Shown here in pieces: positions 25,132 through 38,583 of a stretch of DNA of 64,000 nucleotides (within the stretch, counting starts at the first letter, position 1; each line of letters begins with the position of its first letter). The notes under the pieces are model-generated. The model saw nothing but the letters and a program-made list of their open reading frames with translations. It was not told where the DNA came from and ran no database searches. The position numbers were made by a program, and so were the translations under genes. This stretch comes from Octopus sinensis (lineage: Eukaryota), in assembly GCF_006345805.1 (NCBI RefSeq), contig NW_021836313.1, positions 1 through 64,000 of the forward strand. Reading direction: 5' to 3'.

Positions 25132-25379
25132 AAAGTCTTTGTATTAAAAAATAATAATCGATGGTAGTCAATTGTTGTTGATCAAGATTTCTCTATTTTC
25201 TGCTTAATTCAAATTTGATTTCTGATAAACTCTTGTTTATTTTTGCTATTGCCTGTATCTTATGAACATAATATACTTCCATATGTATGCCCAGGGTTAA
25301 CATAGGTAATTTATACCGGTAGTAATAATGGATATTCTTATCCCTTAGATAGTCTTATCGATACTATTACCTCTCATAA

Positions 25380-25462
<83 letters not shown>

Positions 25463-25599
25463 TATATATTATATATATATATATATATGTATATAAATAA
25501 CTGACTATATATATGAATAAATAATGACGACGTATGAATGTTCAGCTTTTACCGAACGACCTCATTTGCTTGTAGTCGTTAAATGGTTTTACTGTACAT

Positions 25600-25740
25600 T
25601 AGCCCCCCCTCCATTCACTCAATATTGCGGTGTTACATGTCAAAGTGAACGCAGAGTAAAGTGAAATGAAGTATCTTGTCGAAGAACACAGCGCACCATC
25701 CAATTCAGGAATCGAATCCATGGTCTAACCACTAGGTTAC
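25600..25740 (-). mobile_element. tRNA-derived SINE head (third family)
   Basis: Minus strand reads TAGTGGTTAGACCATGGATTCGATTCCTG...GTGTTCTTCGACAAGATACTTCATTTCAC; a related plus-strand fragment lies at 33640-33750. Confidence 0.5.
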
Positions 25741-26544
25741 GTGCTCATCACACACACACAACACACAAACACTCTCCTTCACTCTCTCTCTCTCACACAT
25801 ACATTCACGATATCGCAACGAGGTGAATGTGGGGTTAGGGTCATGGCGGTCGTTGCGGTGGTACTGCTGCTTAAAGTAGCCCCAAAAAATAATCCCTTTT
25901 AAATTTAATTCAAAGAACTTTATCGTTTGTACTAAAAGCCATAAAATTATTCTCCTCCTGCAGGATTTGAACTCAGTATAAGAAGAAATTAGAAACAACT
26001 TCGCCATTTTCTAAAGTGTTGCTGCCATTTACAGGTCTTTTTCTTCTGTCGGCGCCATTATTGCTTTATCAGCAATTTGAAATAAATTCTTATTGATTAT
26101 CGATTATCGTTTGTAAATAGTTTCCCAACTGTCACACATTAACGTCTGATATATTTTAAAATTTGATTCTGAATATATTTCTCCCCGCCCCACCAAAAAA
26201 AACCCATAACATTTTGCGGAAGAACTAATTTTATTTTCAAAAAACTCTCCTTCCCCACCTTCCCTCCCCACCCCTCCTCTTCAAATTCTATTGAAACATT
26301 TTTATATTTATGTCTTTTCTTGTTACATTTATATATATATTTATTTTTGTTGACTTCAATTTCCTCCAGGTAACCCTTTCTTCTTTCTACTTTCGTCCTT
26401 TGAGTTCTCTGCAATTTTGGCGGGCCTTGTGCTTAATAAAAGAATATCCTGTAACACCTCATTCTCCTCTTTTTCCTCCTCCTCATCACAATCATCACTA
26501 CCATCATTATCATCGTTAACGCCATCATCGTCGTCGTCGTCACC

Positions 26545-26663
26545 GTATTCTTTGCCTTTCATTCTTTCGGGTTCGATAAAATAAGCACCAGTTAAACACT
26601 GGGGTCGATGTAATCGATCTGGCCCCTCCACCGAGAATGGTGACCTTGTGACAAAATTTGAAG

Positions 26664-26665
<2 letters not shown>
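26545..26665 (+). mobile_element. SINE family B 3' half
   Basis: CTTTGCCTTTCATTCTTTCGGGTTCGATAAAATAAGCACCAG...GACCTTGTGACAAAATTTGAAGTC followed by (ATT)n. Confidence 0.75.
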
Positions 26666-26722
<57 letters not shown>

Positions 26723-26781
26723 GTTATTATCATTATTATTATTATAATTATTATTATTATATTATTATTATTATTATTATT

Positions 26782-28322
26782 CTATGTTTGACTTTTGCTT
26801 TATGTCTGTACAAGTTGGCTCCAAGTCTCACCCAGAGACCTCAAGAGACAATAGGTTGGAAGTTCACGTTGTTGTTATGCCTAGCGTGCCATATATTTGG
26901 GGGTTTTTTTTTGGTGTTGTACTAGTGAATGTCTAATACATAAATTAAAAAAAAAAGTTTGTTTTAAACCTTGGGATTACATAGAGAGTATTTTGCGTAG
27001 GATATGAGCAGTTCCCATTAGCACTATCTTTTGAATTTCTGCCATTTTGGGGTTTCCTGGTATCTGAGTTAGGTAGCAATCAGCCCCTTTCGCTATCATT
27101 CCCAGGGCACCTATGACAACAGGTATTGTTTTAGTCTTCAGCTTCCACATTTTGCTGATTTCTATTTCAAGATCTTTATATTTGCTCAGTTTTTGGTAGG
27201 TCTTGACAGATACGTTTATATCGATTGGGACAGTCATATCAATGAGGAGGCATGTTCTTTGTCTGAAGACTTTCAATATGATGTCTGGCCTGTTTGCATC
27301 TATCTTTCTGTCAGTTTGAATGGTGAAATTCCAGAGGAGTGAGATGTGGTCATTTTCAAGCACCGGAAGTGGATTGTGTTCCCACCAGTTTTTTTCATGG
27401 GGCAAATCCAGGTTTTTGCAAATTACCCAGTGAATATATTGTGCAGCTCTATCATGCCTGTTGAGGTACTCTGTAGGCGCTAGAAGACTGCATTTGGAGA
27501 CAACATGATCAATGGTTTCATTTTGTTGTCGGCATACACGACATGTTGGGCTACTACCGTTCTTTAATATGTTGGCCTGGTAGTTTCTTGTTGGTAGGCA
27601 TTGATCTTGAGCTGCTATGATAAATCCTTCTGTTTCAGATTTTAAGCCAGAGGCCATTAGCCATTGATGGGTCAGGGCTTTGTCAATATCTGCATTATTC
27701 GCTCTCTTTGGGTATTTGCCATAGAGAGGTTTTTCTTGCCATTTATTATTCAGAATATCTAAGGCCGCAGTTTTGGCACGGGTTTTCATGCGCCTAGCTT
27801 TTTCTGTGCTTGTTTCTTGTATGTCTATCTCTAATTCCGAAATTTGTTGTATTCGGAATTCACTTAGATATTCCTTTGCCTGTTTTGTGACTGAGTATGA
27901 TGCTTTCTTGTTTTCATGTTTTGAGACAAGTTTTAACATCCAGTCCTCAGAGTTTTTTCAGGTAGGTGTCTAGGCCAATTGTAGCAATCTTCATTGTTAT
28001 TGCCAGTTGTAAAATTCCACGGCCTCCCTCTTTTCTTGGCAGATAAAGTCGTTCTGTATCTGCCTTAGGGTGGTGCATTTTATGCATTGTCAACAGTTTT
28101 CGCATTTTTCTGTCAAGATTACATATTTCAGTAATTGACCAGTTAACGATATTGAAACTGTAAGTCACGACTGGTATGGCTAAAACATTGATCGCTTCGA
28201 TCCTGTTTCTTGCATTCAGCTCTGTCTTGAGTATTGCTCTTACTCTGCGATGACACTCTCTCCTGATCCTTTCCTTCATCTCTGAATGCCTTATTCCGTT
28301 CCCTTCAATTACCCCTAGGTAC

Positions 28323-28323
<1 letters not shown>
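26782..28323 (-). mobile_element. R4/Dong-type LINE, 5'-truncated at YLG, distinct subfamily
   Basis: KYLGV...KTELNARNRIEAIN..., MHHPKADTERLYLPRKEGGRG, CRVCRQQNETIDHVVSKC, RPDII, QKLSKYKDL; (TAA)n on both sides. Confidence 0.9.
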
Positions 28324-28373
<50 letters not shown>

Positions 28374-28397
28374 ATTATTATTATTATTATTATTATT

Positions 28398-28813
28398 GAG
28401 TGAGAGGCAGCGCATGCCATCAAAGTGACATTGAGGTACAAATATACGAAGCTCAGTATACCTATCATGACTACCCGTCTAATAAGGGTACACCAGGCAC
28501 ATGTATCACAACATGCGCTACATGGGGATCTCATATCAAGATAAACAGTGCTTGACCTTGCAGGTGAGGCCCGGTTAGAATTTTCTTCAAGTCGAGTAGC
28601 CCATCCCGCTTAAAAGGTCCCTGAATAAGGGTTGTTTAAGGATGTTGAACTAAACACCCATGTTTCCAGAGGTGAATTATCCAACCCCCCAATACTTCTG
28701 TTCGTGATCAGAGATGCACATATCGTCAGCCACCAAGGGACGTGCTCAATTGATTACGATCAAACAACTGACAAGCAAATTAATGGTATTGAGAAGAATA
28801 TCTGCTGTAGGCC
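28398..28813 (-). mobile_element. ~415-bp non-coding element between (ATT)n tracts
   Basis: Complex, GC-richer sequence sharply bounded by (ATT)n on both sides; no credible ORF. Strand is inferred from the polarity of neighbouring Dong copies. Confidence 0.45.
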
Positions 28814-28823
28814 ATTATTATTG

Positions 28824-28859
<36 letters not shown>

Positions 28860-28873
28860 TATTATTATTATTA

Positions 28874-28924
<51 letters not shown>

Positions 28925-28949
28925 GTTGTTGTTATTATTATTATTATTA

Positions 28950-28980
<31 letters not shown>

Positions 28981-28997
28981 CATTATTGTTATTATTA

Positions 28998-29057
<60 letters not shown>

Positions 29058-29064
29058 ACCATTA

Positions 29065-29480
29065 TTAGCAAACTGGACGAAATGCTTAACGGTATTTCGT
29101 CTGCCGTTCCATTCTGAGTTCAAATTCCGCCGAGGTCGACTTTGCCTTTCATCCTTTCGGGGTCGATTAAATAAGTACCAGTTAAGCACTGGGGTCGATA
29201 TAATCGACTTATTCCGTTTGTCTGTCCTTGTTTGTCCCCTCTGTGTTTAGTCCCTTGTGGGTTGTAAAGAAATAGGTATTTCGTCCGCCGCTACATTCCG
29301 AGTTCAAATTCCGCCGAGGTTGACTTTGCCTTTCATCCTTTCGGGGTCGATAAATTAAGTACTAGTGAAACACAGGGCTCGACATAATCGACTAGTATCC
29401 ACCCCACAAATCTGAGGCCTTGTGCCTCCAGTAGAAAGGATTATTATTATTATTATTATTATCATCACCATCATCATTAT
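29065..29480 (+). mobile_element. SINE family B, dimeric form
   Basis: The block GGTATTTCGTC.GCCG...TTCCGCCGAGGT.GACTTTGCCTTTCATCCTTTCGGGGTCGAT occurs twice (~29090 and ~29275); (ATT)n tail. Confidence 0.85.
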
Positions 29481-29815
29481 CTGTAATTTTACGTTTTGTC
29501 AGCCATAGTCGCGAAAATACCTGACGCGTTGCCTTTCGCAAACTAGGAGTTTGGTAGAGCTCAGAAAGCCTACATCAAAGATGTCCAAAGTTTAACAAAT
29601 GCTGTGTGAGATTCTCTGACAATATTTACATCTGTTGTAATATTGATATTTTCTGCAACCTTCTTGTGCCTGGCTATGCATGTAATCTGTCAATGTCTTT
29701 ATAGAGGCGGTTGTGTGACATTCAGTTGAACCGAATATGAATCACGCAATAGACACACTCTGCGTTCCATTCAACGGAGAGGGCGACGATTCAACACAAC
29801 AATATTATAACACAT

Positions 29816-29877
<62 letters not shown>

Positions 29878-30251
29878 CCACACTCACATAGAGCGACACA
29901 CAAACACAACCACACAGACACTGACACACACACACAAAAACACACAGGTGTATATGTGTGTATGGGTGTGTAGGCATGTATGTATATATATGTATCTGTG
30001 TATGTATATGCATGCATATGTGTTCGTGCATTTAATTAGATATACGTATATAACGGACACACGCACTTATATACAGATATGTATATATGCATATACTTAT
30101 GTATATTTACCTATATATGTATATCTACCTATATGCACACACACACACACACGCACACACACACACATACATATAAGATCATTGAGAATCTGAAGCACAA
30201 TTTACCAATACGACTTGCATTGGGTCTTTGCATACATTTAGAAACATTTTA

Positions 30252-30313
<62 letters not shown>

Positions 30314-30330
30314 ATCTATCTATCTATCTA

Positions 30331-32552
30331 GACGTTGCTGAAGAAAGACCCAAACAAGGGGAATCTTATAGATAATTTCAGGCCCATCACTCTGCTCAAC
30401 GCAGATTTGAAAAGTTTGGCCAAAGTAATAGCCGAGAGGTTGGCGCTTGTCATTGGTAAACTGGTCGACAGGGCGCAAACATGCGCCGTGCCGGGCAGAA
30501 CCATACATGACAACCTCCATCTGATGCGCTACATTGTGGACAGGGTAATTAAGGATCCTGGCATGGGTGGGGCGCTGATAAATTTGGATCAGTCTAAAGC
30601 CTTCGATAGGGTCGACCATCGGTACTTGGCGGCTGTCCTCAGGGCGGCTGGCTTCGGTCCCGTCTTCCGCGGTTGGATCGCTGCCTTGTATAGCGGCATC
30701 CGATCGGTGATTCGGGTGAACGGTCACCTGTCGAAACCGTTTGACATCACGCGTTCGGTCCGTCAGGGGTGTCCCCTGTCGGCGCTTCTGTATGTATTGA
30801 CTCTCGAGCCGCTACTGCGGAAGCTGGCGACACTGAGGGGCATCCCACGGGAACTGGGTTGCGGGACGAGCGTGTCGGCATATGCGGACGATGTCACCGT
30901 CATAGTGTCGAGCGACAACACATCAAGATGATAGGCGAGACACTAAGAAAATACGAAACGGTGACGGGAGCAAAGATTAACCCGGAAAAGTCAGTGCGTT
31001 TGCTACTCGGCACCTGGAGAAGCAAGCCCATGCCGTCCGACTGCGGCTCAGTAGTGGGACGCTGGACGGACGGACCGGTTAAATTGCTCGGGGTCTGGTT
31101 CAGTCCGGACCTCCAAATGGATAAGAACTGGGACGAGATCACGAGTAGAGTGGTCGCTCTCAGCCAAACATGGGCCGAGAGAAAGCTGTCTCTAAAAGGC
31201 CGGGCGGAGGTGGCGAACGCGTACATCGCATCCGTCAGCGATTACCGCCTGACCGTCGTACCTTGTCCCGACGCCACCATCACCAAACTGGAACGCATAC
31301 TCTTCCGCTTCCTGTGGAAGGGTGGCGTTCCGATGGTGAGGAAGTCCATTTGCTGTCAACATCCGTTGAATGGATGACTGGGCATGCCGTGGTTGATGAT
31401 GCGCAGGCATGCGCTGAGACTGCGACATCTCCGGAACTTCATCGACGACGGTGAACAGGTGTGGGCGCCGTTTGTGAGGCGCGACTTCCCGCAGCTCGTC
31501 TCACTGACCGAACTGCAAACGTGGATCAAAAAGAGACCGAAACTGGGCGATTGGCACCGAGAGTGTCGCCAAGCTCTACAGCAGCTCTGCCGACCGGGGT
31601 CAAACTTGTGCAACTTACAAACGACTAAAGCGTTCTATAGAGGACTAGTGGAGGGGAGGTCCGACGACACACTCGGGGCAAACCTGGGCGTCGACGAGAA
31701 ATTCCTAACCCGCCTGTTCAGGACGACGTTCGGGCCGGGGCCTATGGATAACTTCCAGAAATCCCTGGCTTGACAGTGCTATCGAGACGCACTACCTGTT
31801 CGAGAGAAAAGCTACAGACACGGTTCGAAAACCATCACCGGACCAACCTGCCCGAGATGCGGTCAGAGCGACGAAATCGTTCTGCACGCACTCGTGCAGT
31901 GTCCAGATATTTCAGAGCTGTGGTCCTTCGTCGAACAGCTGTTGTCACGTGTAGGTCGGGCTCGCCTATCGGACGAGTCTATCGTGAGTATTGTTCCACC
32001 ACCTTCCTTTAAACGGGAAGGGAAAACGGTTTTCGTTACGCTGATGGCTTTGGCGAAAGAATGTGTGTGGTGGACGCGTTTGAAAGGACTGCAAACAAAC
32101 ACCTTCCTCTCTGGTCAGTCTCTCGTCAACTTTTTCAAGTACCACTTGAAAAGGAGGATGAGAATAGAGAGGAAGGCTTTGTCGAACGAATGTTTTAATA
32201 AAAAGTGGGTAAAAGTGGCAAAAATGGTCAGTATGAAAGACGACACTATTTTAAGCGTAAATCTGTGACCAAAAGAGACAACGAGAAGTAAGGCGACTTA
32301 CTCATGTGTTCTTTTTCGAACTTGGTCTTTTTTGTAGGTTTTTCTTTCCAGGGCTACACCTAAACTGTGAACTTTATTATATATATATATATATTATATT
32401 TTTATACACCACACAACCCACAGATCCCTATTGATCGAACGTTTTTTTTTCTTTATGCCCCACCCATCCCACCTCGAAAAGAAAAAACTCTACATTGTAT
32501 TTCGTCCATTTTTATTCTGTGTTTAGCCCTGTGTGGCCACAATAAAAAGTTA
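30331..32552 (+). mobile_element. Tx1/L1-type LINE, 5'-truncated, with RT and CCHC knuckle
   Basis: NFRPITLLNADLK, LDQSKAFDRVDH, RQGCPLSALLY, AYADD, LLGVWF, CPRCGQSDEIVLHALVQC; 3' UTR with AATAAA at 32541; (TCTA)n upstream and (TC)n-(TCTA)n downstream; two TGA stops and two frameshifts. Confidence 0.92.
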
Positions 32553-32671
<119 letters not shown>

Positions 32672-32875
32672 GTCTGTCTGTCTGTGCAACAGTTGTCTGT
32701 TCTTGTCTCTGTGTCTATCATTTTCCCTCTCTCTATATTTCTATGTTTGTGCGTCTTCCCCTTCCCCTCTCTCTCCGTCTCTCTTCTTTTTATATGTGTG
32801 TGCGCGCGCATGTGTATGCATATTCATTTATGTCTACCTGTGAGGATGTCTGTGCATATGTGTTTGCGTCATGCT

Positions 32876-32918
<43 letters not shown>

Positions 32919-33361
32919 TATATATAAGCATGTGAACGGATTTGTTTCGTAAAATATGCTCGTGAGCATGTTTGCTTATTTGTATATGTGTGCGTGTGTG
33001 CGCGTGTGCGTGTGTGTGAGTGTGTGTGTGTGAACGCGTGTGTGTGAGTGTGCATAAGAATATTATTATTCCTTCCTGCCTTCCTTTGATGGCAACAACT
33101 TCCTTCTCTCTTTGGGAGATAACAAAAAGACGTTGAAATAAAAATCGATTCCACAAACTGAAAGCTGAAAATAAATAACGAACTGGAAGAATAAAGAAGG
33201 CTTTTGGAAGGGAAAAGAAAGGATTGCGATCGGAAATGAGGCATCGTTTTTGGTTGATTTCTTTTGAAATCTTATTCCGATTTGGAACAAGACAAATTGA
33301 ATGTCGCCTTATTTACTTTTATCTTCACGTCATAGAAATCTTGATTGAGTACGTTGCAGGA

Positions 33362-33404
<43 letters not shown>

Positions 33405-33904
33405 ACACACACACACACAAATATACAAACACACGTACACACACACACACACAAATATACAAACACACATATACACAAACACACATATACACAAACACAC
33501 ACAAACACACAAACTCACTCAAACACGCACACAAACACACACAATCACACACATATACAAACACACAAACACGCGCAAACCCATACAAACACACACACAC
33601 ACACACACACATTATATGTATGTACGTGTAACTCACGGTCGCGATAGATTCAAATCCTGGGCCAGGTGGGATGTAGTGTTTCTGAGCAAAATACTTCTAC
33701 TTACGTTGCTCTGCGATCACAGTGGCACCTGACGCGCGGCACATCGTGCATCTATTCAGGCAATATGATAAAAATTAAAACAAAAATGAACCAAAATACA
33801 AACATCAGCCTCAGTATGTACAATATATTAAAGAAAATGGTCACCAACGCCATGATGAAATCGCTTTTAAAAGTACAACGTTCTTCGTTGTGGATGTGAA
33901 ATAT

Positions 33905-34069
33905 CCGCGCAGGAATGGCTGTGTGGTTAAGGAGTTCGCTTTGCTACCGTATAGTTCCGTGTTCAGCTTCACTGCGCGCCACCGAGGGCACTTGTCTTCT
34001 ACTATAGCCCGGGTCGATCAATGTTTTATGAGTCAATGTGGCTGACGAAAACTGTGTTGAAGCCTGTCG

Positions 34070-34070
<1 letters not shown>
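33905..34070 (+). mobile_element. SINE family A head; 3' tip at ~34333-34360
   Basis: CGCAGGAATGGCTGTGTGGTTAAGGAGTTCGC...GAAGCCTGTCGT then (TCTA)n; CAGTCCGAAGACTGAAACAAG reappears after the Tx1 fragment. Confidence 0.7.
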
Positions 34071-34146
<76 letters not shown>

Positions 34147-34314
34147 TCAGCACCTGGAGAAGCAAGCCCATGCCGTCCACCAGCGCCTCCGTCGTGGGAC
34201 GCTGGACCGACGGCCCGGTCGAGTTGCTCGGGTTCTGGTTTGGTCCGGACCCTCAAATGCAGAAGAACTGGAACAAGATAACGAGTAGAGTGGCCACTCT
34301 CGCCCGGCAATGGG
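34147..34314 (+). mobile_element. Tx1-type LINE internal fragment
   Basis: Near-identical to 31010-31175 (GCACCTGGAGAAGCAAGCCCATGCCGTCC...ACGAGTAGAGTGG). Confidence 0.9.
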
Positions 34315-34876
34315 TTTGTTCCATTATACATTTCAGTCCGAAGACTGAAACAAGAAGAGATTAAACTAGTTTATGTACACAAAGTATTGATAGAAACAAG
34401 TATATCACACCATTCGTCCATAAATATTCCCTGGAAGTTTTATGAACCGAATACTCTCAGAATAGAGTAAGAACCATTATATTGGAACTACGCGGAAAAT
34501 ATGGAAGAAATTTTACAAGGCAGAAACTGTCATGAACACCGAAATATCTCAGTCACGTTGTAGGTTTTTAATATAATAAGATTTCCGTAGAGGAAGTTTA
34601 AGCGCGAGAATTAATATTGTTATCAGTTATGTAATATGGAATATGAATTATCAGGAATACAAGTTTAAAGGAAATGAATATTAGACTAGAAATTATCAAT
34701 TCAGATAAAATGTTATTTAAAAAAACACACACAAACAAACGGTCTTATCAACAGACAAAATAGGATGAGTCAATATAAATCTATACTTACATCAATACGT
34801 ACAAATACGATCATAAATAATACATACACATATAAAGAGAGAGAGAGAGAGAAAATCAGTGAGATAGAATGAGAGC

Positions 34877-34907
<31 letters not shown>

Positions 34908-35059
34908 TGAGGAGGGATAGAGAAGAAGAGAGGTCTTGGTATATATGAGTTACATGTCGTAGGTCTAAAATAAAATTATATTATTACACACGCGTAGATG
35001 ATGAAATATGAAACTAACAAGGCTGTTTGGTATTTGTAACATATTAAAAAAAAAATACG

Positions 35060-35250
35060 GAGTAAATCACGGCATTCGCCATGATAGATTGCTAGCCACT
35101 AAACCCTTTTTATTTTCTCTCCCTATTTATTTTTGTGTTCCTTTCTGTCGAAGAGCGTAGGATCGAAGCGTAAAAGACTTTTTCACTTACCGAGCGTTAT
35201 ACTAATACATCTGTTTGTTGTTTATACACCCGTCTTCGTCTTTTGTATTT
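35060..35250 (+). mobile_element. Family E short repeat with hammerhead-like motif (copy 1 of 4)
   Basis: Homologous to 39843-40015 (-), 49381-49540 (+) and 49640-49850 (-); motif CTTT-CTGTCGA-A-GAGCGTAGGATC-GAAG-CGTA-AAAG at 35141-35176. Confidence 0.7.
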
Positions 35251-35279
35251 TTGCAAATTGTCACTACACACACACACAC

Positions 35280-35335
<56 letters not shown>

Positions 35336-35689
35336 ATATACACACACAGTTGCATGTTAAGAAAAAATGTTTTCCAAAGATTAACCTGAAAGTAGAAAAT
35401 CTACAATTTGTTGCGAAGTTATGCAGAAGGGTGTCATGCAAAAATGTTTTGTATAAAAAAGTGTTATGATTAGCTTTAGCCATGATATGAAAACTGGATT
35501 TGAAATCAGTTCCAGGACAATTGTTTATAAACCAAATGGCATGGAACTGATAGTGTTGGTGTTAAACCAACGAACCTGGCCAGCGAAGTTTATCTTCTAG
35601 CCACCAAGTTACATGCATTGCTTATAATGTAAAAAAACGTCTTACATATGCTGTGCTTGTAAGAAGCGATGAACTTTTTTATTTGAATT

Positions 35690-35990
35690 ACGACGACGTT
35701 TGAGAGAATCAGTGAGAAGGAAGAGGTGGATGTTATGAGGCTGCACCACGACAACAGACTTGTTTCCGCATCACTTCTTACTTGCGACTTGTTGGCAAAG
35801 TACGAGACACATGTTGCATTCCAGCCGCTCTACCCTCCGCATCTAAAAATGGTTTCTGACATAAAGAAGGCACCGAAGAAGAATTTGCAGCGAGAGTTGC
35901 GCAGTACATGTGAACACATGTTCAAGATAGCGTTTCAAAACTTTATTACAAATGTTAGAAAAGTAGAGGTAGCCATTTTGATGACGACAA
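35690..35990 (+). mobile_element. Mariner transposase C-terminal remnant
   Basis: LRESVRRKR...LHHDNRLVSASLLTCDLLAKYETHVAFQPLYPPHL resembles mariner LHHDNAP...QPPYSPDL. Confidence 0.7.
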
Positions 35991-36621
35991 AACTGATTAG
36001 ATTTTAGTTAAAGCAATAAATTTGTTGTTTTCTCTTTTGAACAAATCTCAAAGAATTTAAAGATTGCTTGGGATTTGTGTAAGGGTATTAAAAAACCATT
36101 GTAAAGGGCTCGCACCAGCATCTAAAAGTTGTTTTATGTTAGCTTTTACAAGGTTTTGCCCTCAGAATTGACATGATCAACCTCAACCTCAAATTTCCAG
36201 AAAATCCCGCACCACCGTTTTCGGTCATCAGCGTCCGCCTCGTGTTTATATAATTACGTGAGTTTATTGATCGAAACCGATTGACTTTAATCATCAAAGA
36301 TGGTTCTACTGGATTCTTTTAGGAAAATGTTTAGAGATTTAGGATATGGGGATAAATAATAAAAGATTAAAACTGATTTTATTTTTATTGTCGTGTTGTA
36401 TATATAGTAAGTGGAGCAAGAACACACATACGAAAACGAAAAGTGTCGATGAAGAGGTCACAGAAGTGTCGATGAAGAGGTCACAGATGTATGACGAAAA
36501 CTATCCGGACAATGGACATGAGTTAAAGTACTAAAATAAGAACAGTAATAAACGAGAGAAGAAAAAATATATATAGTGCGTGTGTTTATTTGGCAAAAAA
36601 AAATTACCGTCCCGAAATACG

Positions 36622-36680
<59 letters not shown>

Positions 36681-36699
36681 ATATATATAAACGATAAAC

Positions 36700-36974
36700 G
36701 TCGCCCTTTTCAAGCCTAGCCAGCCCGGTTTCCCGGTTTCTGTGGCGTATGTGTTCTCGCAGCTGAACGGGACGCCAGTCCATCGCAGCGTTACTCAAGA
36801 AACAGGAAGAGAGAGTGAGAGAAAGTTGTGGCGAAAGAGTACAACAGGGGTCACCACCACCCCCTGCCGGAGCTTCATGGAGCTTTTTAGGTGTTTTCGC
36901 TCAATAAACACACACAACAACGCCCAGTCTGGGAATCGAAACCGTGATCTTCCGGCCGCCAGTCCATTGCGCCT

Positions 36975-36978
<4 letters not shown>
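36700..36978 (-). mobile_element. tRNA-derived SINE with Meta-domain-like core
   Basis: Head TGGAGGCGCAATGG...GGTTTCGATTCCC; core GCGATGGACTGGCGTCCCGTTCAG...GCCACAGAAACCGGG resembles the MetaSINE domain (from memory). Confidence 0.5.
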
Positions 36979-37022
<44 letters not shown>

Positions 37023-37079
37023 ACGGAGATGTACTCGCATAGCAAGTGATTTGATCTGAGATCGTGTGCTGAAACGAAA

Positions 37080-37368
37080 ACAATTGCAGCGTGGAAGGTG
37101 TTTGTAAGTCATTTAAGAAACACACAAAAGCCGTTCGATTCACTTCAACATTTAAGTTTAATTTGTCAAAATATTTTCGTTGCTAAGATCCGCGACCTGT
37201 TCACTGACAAAAATCCGTGCTGCATCTCTGTCATTTTTGTCAGTGAATAGGTCGCGGATTTTAGCAACGAAAATATTTTGACAAATTAAAACTTAAATGT
37301 TGAAGTGGATCGAACGGCTTTTGTGTGTTTCCTATATGGCTTACAAACACCTTCCAAGCTGCAATTGT
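37080..37368. mobile_element. Palindromic element (~135-bp arms, 18-nt spacer) with hammerhead-like inner ends
   Basis: 37080-37214 is the reverse complement of 37233-37368 at high identity; (TA)n lies at or near both outer ends. Confidence 0.85.
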
Positions 37369-37738
37369 ATATATATATATATATATGAATCCATATATAT
37401 ATATACCATATTGTATGTACTTTTACATCTAATATAATAAGTGTATATATATTTATGGTCATGTAAAATGCGGCAATTATTAAAAACTTGTGATAGTTGA
37501 CAAAATGTTTTAATGATTGCATTCTTTTACAATTCTGCGACGAGTAATTACTGATGTCAGAGTTTGTCCCTATAAAATGTTCTATTCTCTAATGACGACA
37601 TTTGAGATGACGAACTTAAAGATGGCAACGAGGAAATCGAGATATACGATGACATGATCGAGACCAATTGGGGTTGAGGATGATGGATTTGGGATTAACG
37701 CTGAGATGGTTGACGTTGATTATGTAAGATAACATTAA

Positions 37739-37948
37739 CTCTTTATCATTCAGATAATTCTGTCAAATGGAATGCATTTTACTTCACGTGTTTTCGAGTT
37801 AATCTTGTAGCTTTGAAATTTCGATGATGTGGTCATTTTTAGAAGGACATTGCAGAGTAAGAGTAAAAGGCCGGTTTTGACCTGTTTGAAAAAAAAAATA
37901 ATCAGATAAAATATTTGGGTTAATACGGACGATTAAATTGCTAAAGAG
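37739..37948. mobile_element. TTAA-flanked MITE (piggyBac-type ends)
   Basis: TTAA|CTCTTTATCATT ... AATTGCTAAAGAG|TTAA. Confidence 0.55.
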
Positions 37949-38549
37949 TTAAATCCGGGAATTAATATTAACTTTTAAAAACTCAAATGGAGTAAAGAAA
38001 GACTTGCTTAACTTTTTAAGACTGTATTTATATTTCCATCTCCGTGCACGGTTTTAGTTTTTTCAGTTTCTACTTTCTGAACTTAACACTATTTTCTTAT
38101 CTTCCTTTTCTTTGCATTCTTTTATGCTTCTGGATTTTCGTCTTGCTTTTTTTAGTCATTATTTTTATTTATTTCTTATATTTTTGACCTTAAATAATTT
38201 TGCAGCTATTATATTTTTTGGGTTTATGAATATAGATATATTTCGGGGCGATACACTCTCTCACCGTTTATGATTATATGCATGTATGTATGTATCATTA
38301 CACATATAGTCAATGTGTGTGTATAATTTTATTGGGATCTATATATGTGGATGTGGATCCTTATGTATTTGGTTCTATCTAAACAGTATCTAGACAATTT
38401 CTTTTGTCTAAATTCATACTTTAAACATATTCTTATAGCTATACATTTTACCAGTTATTTACTTTGTATATGCGTGTATATATGTATAAATGTTTGTATA
38501 CATATGCATGTGTATGTATATATATATATTTATATATATATATATATAT

Positions 38550-38583
<34 letters not shown>

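Noticed and set aside
25732-26007. 91-aa ORF with FWGYFK resembling Tc1/mariner FLWGYLK
   Set aside because: One short motif only; no supporting catalytic residues or TIRs.
36210-36235. CUGAUGA-CCG-AAAA-CGG on the minus strand
   Set aside because: No GAAA after the hairpin and no stems I or III.
36441-36486. Exact 23-bp tandem duplication
   Set aside because: Real but ordinary slippage; no element between the copies.
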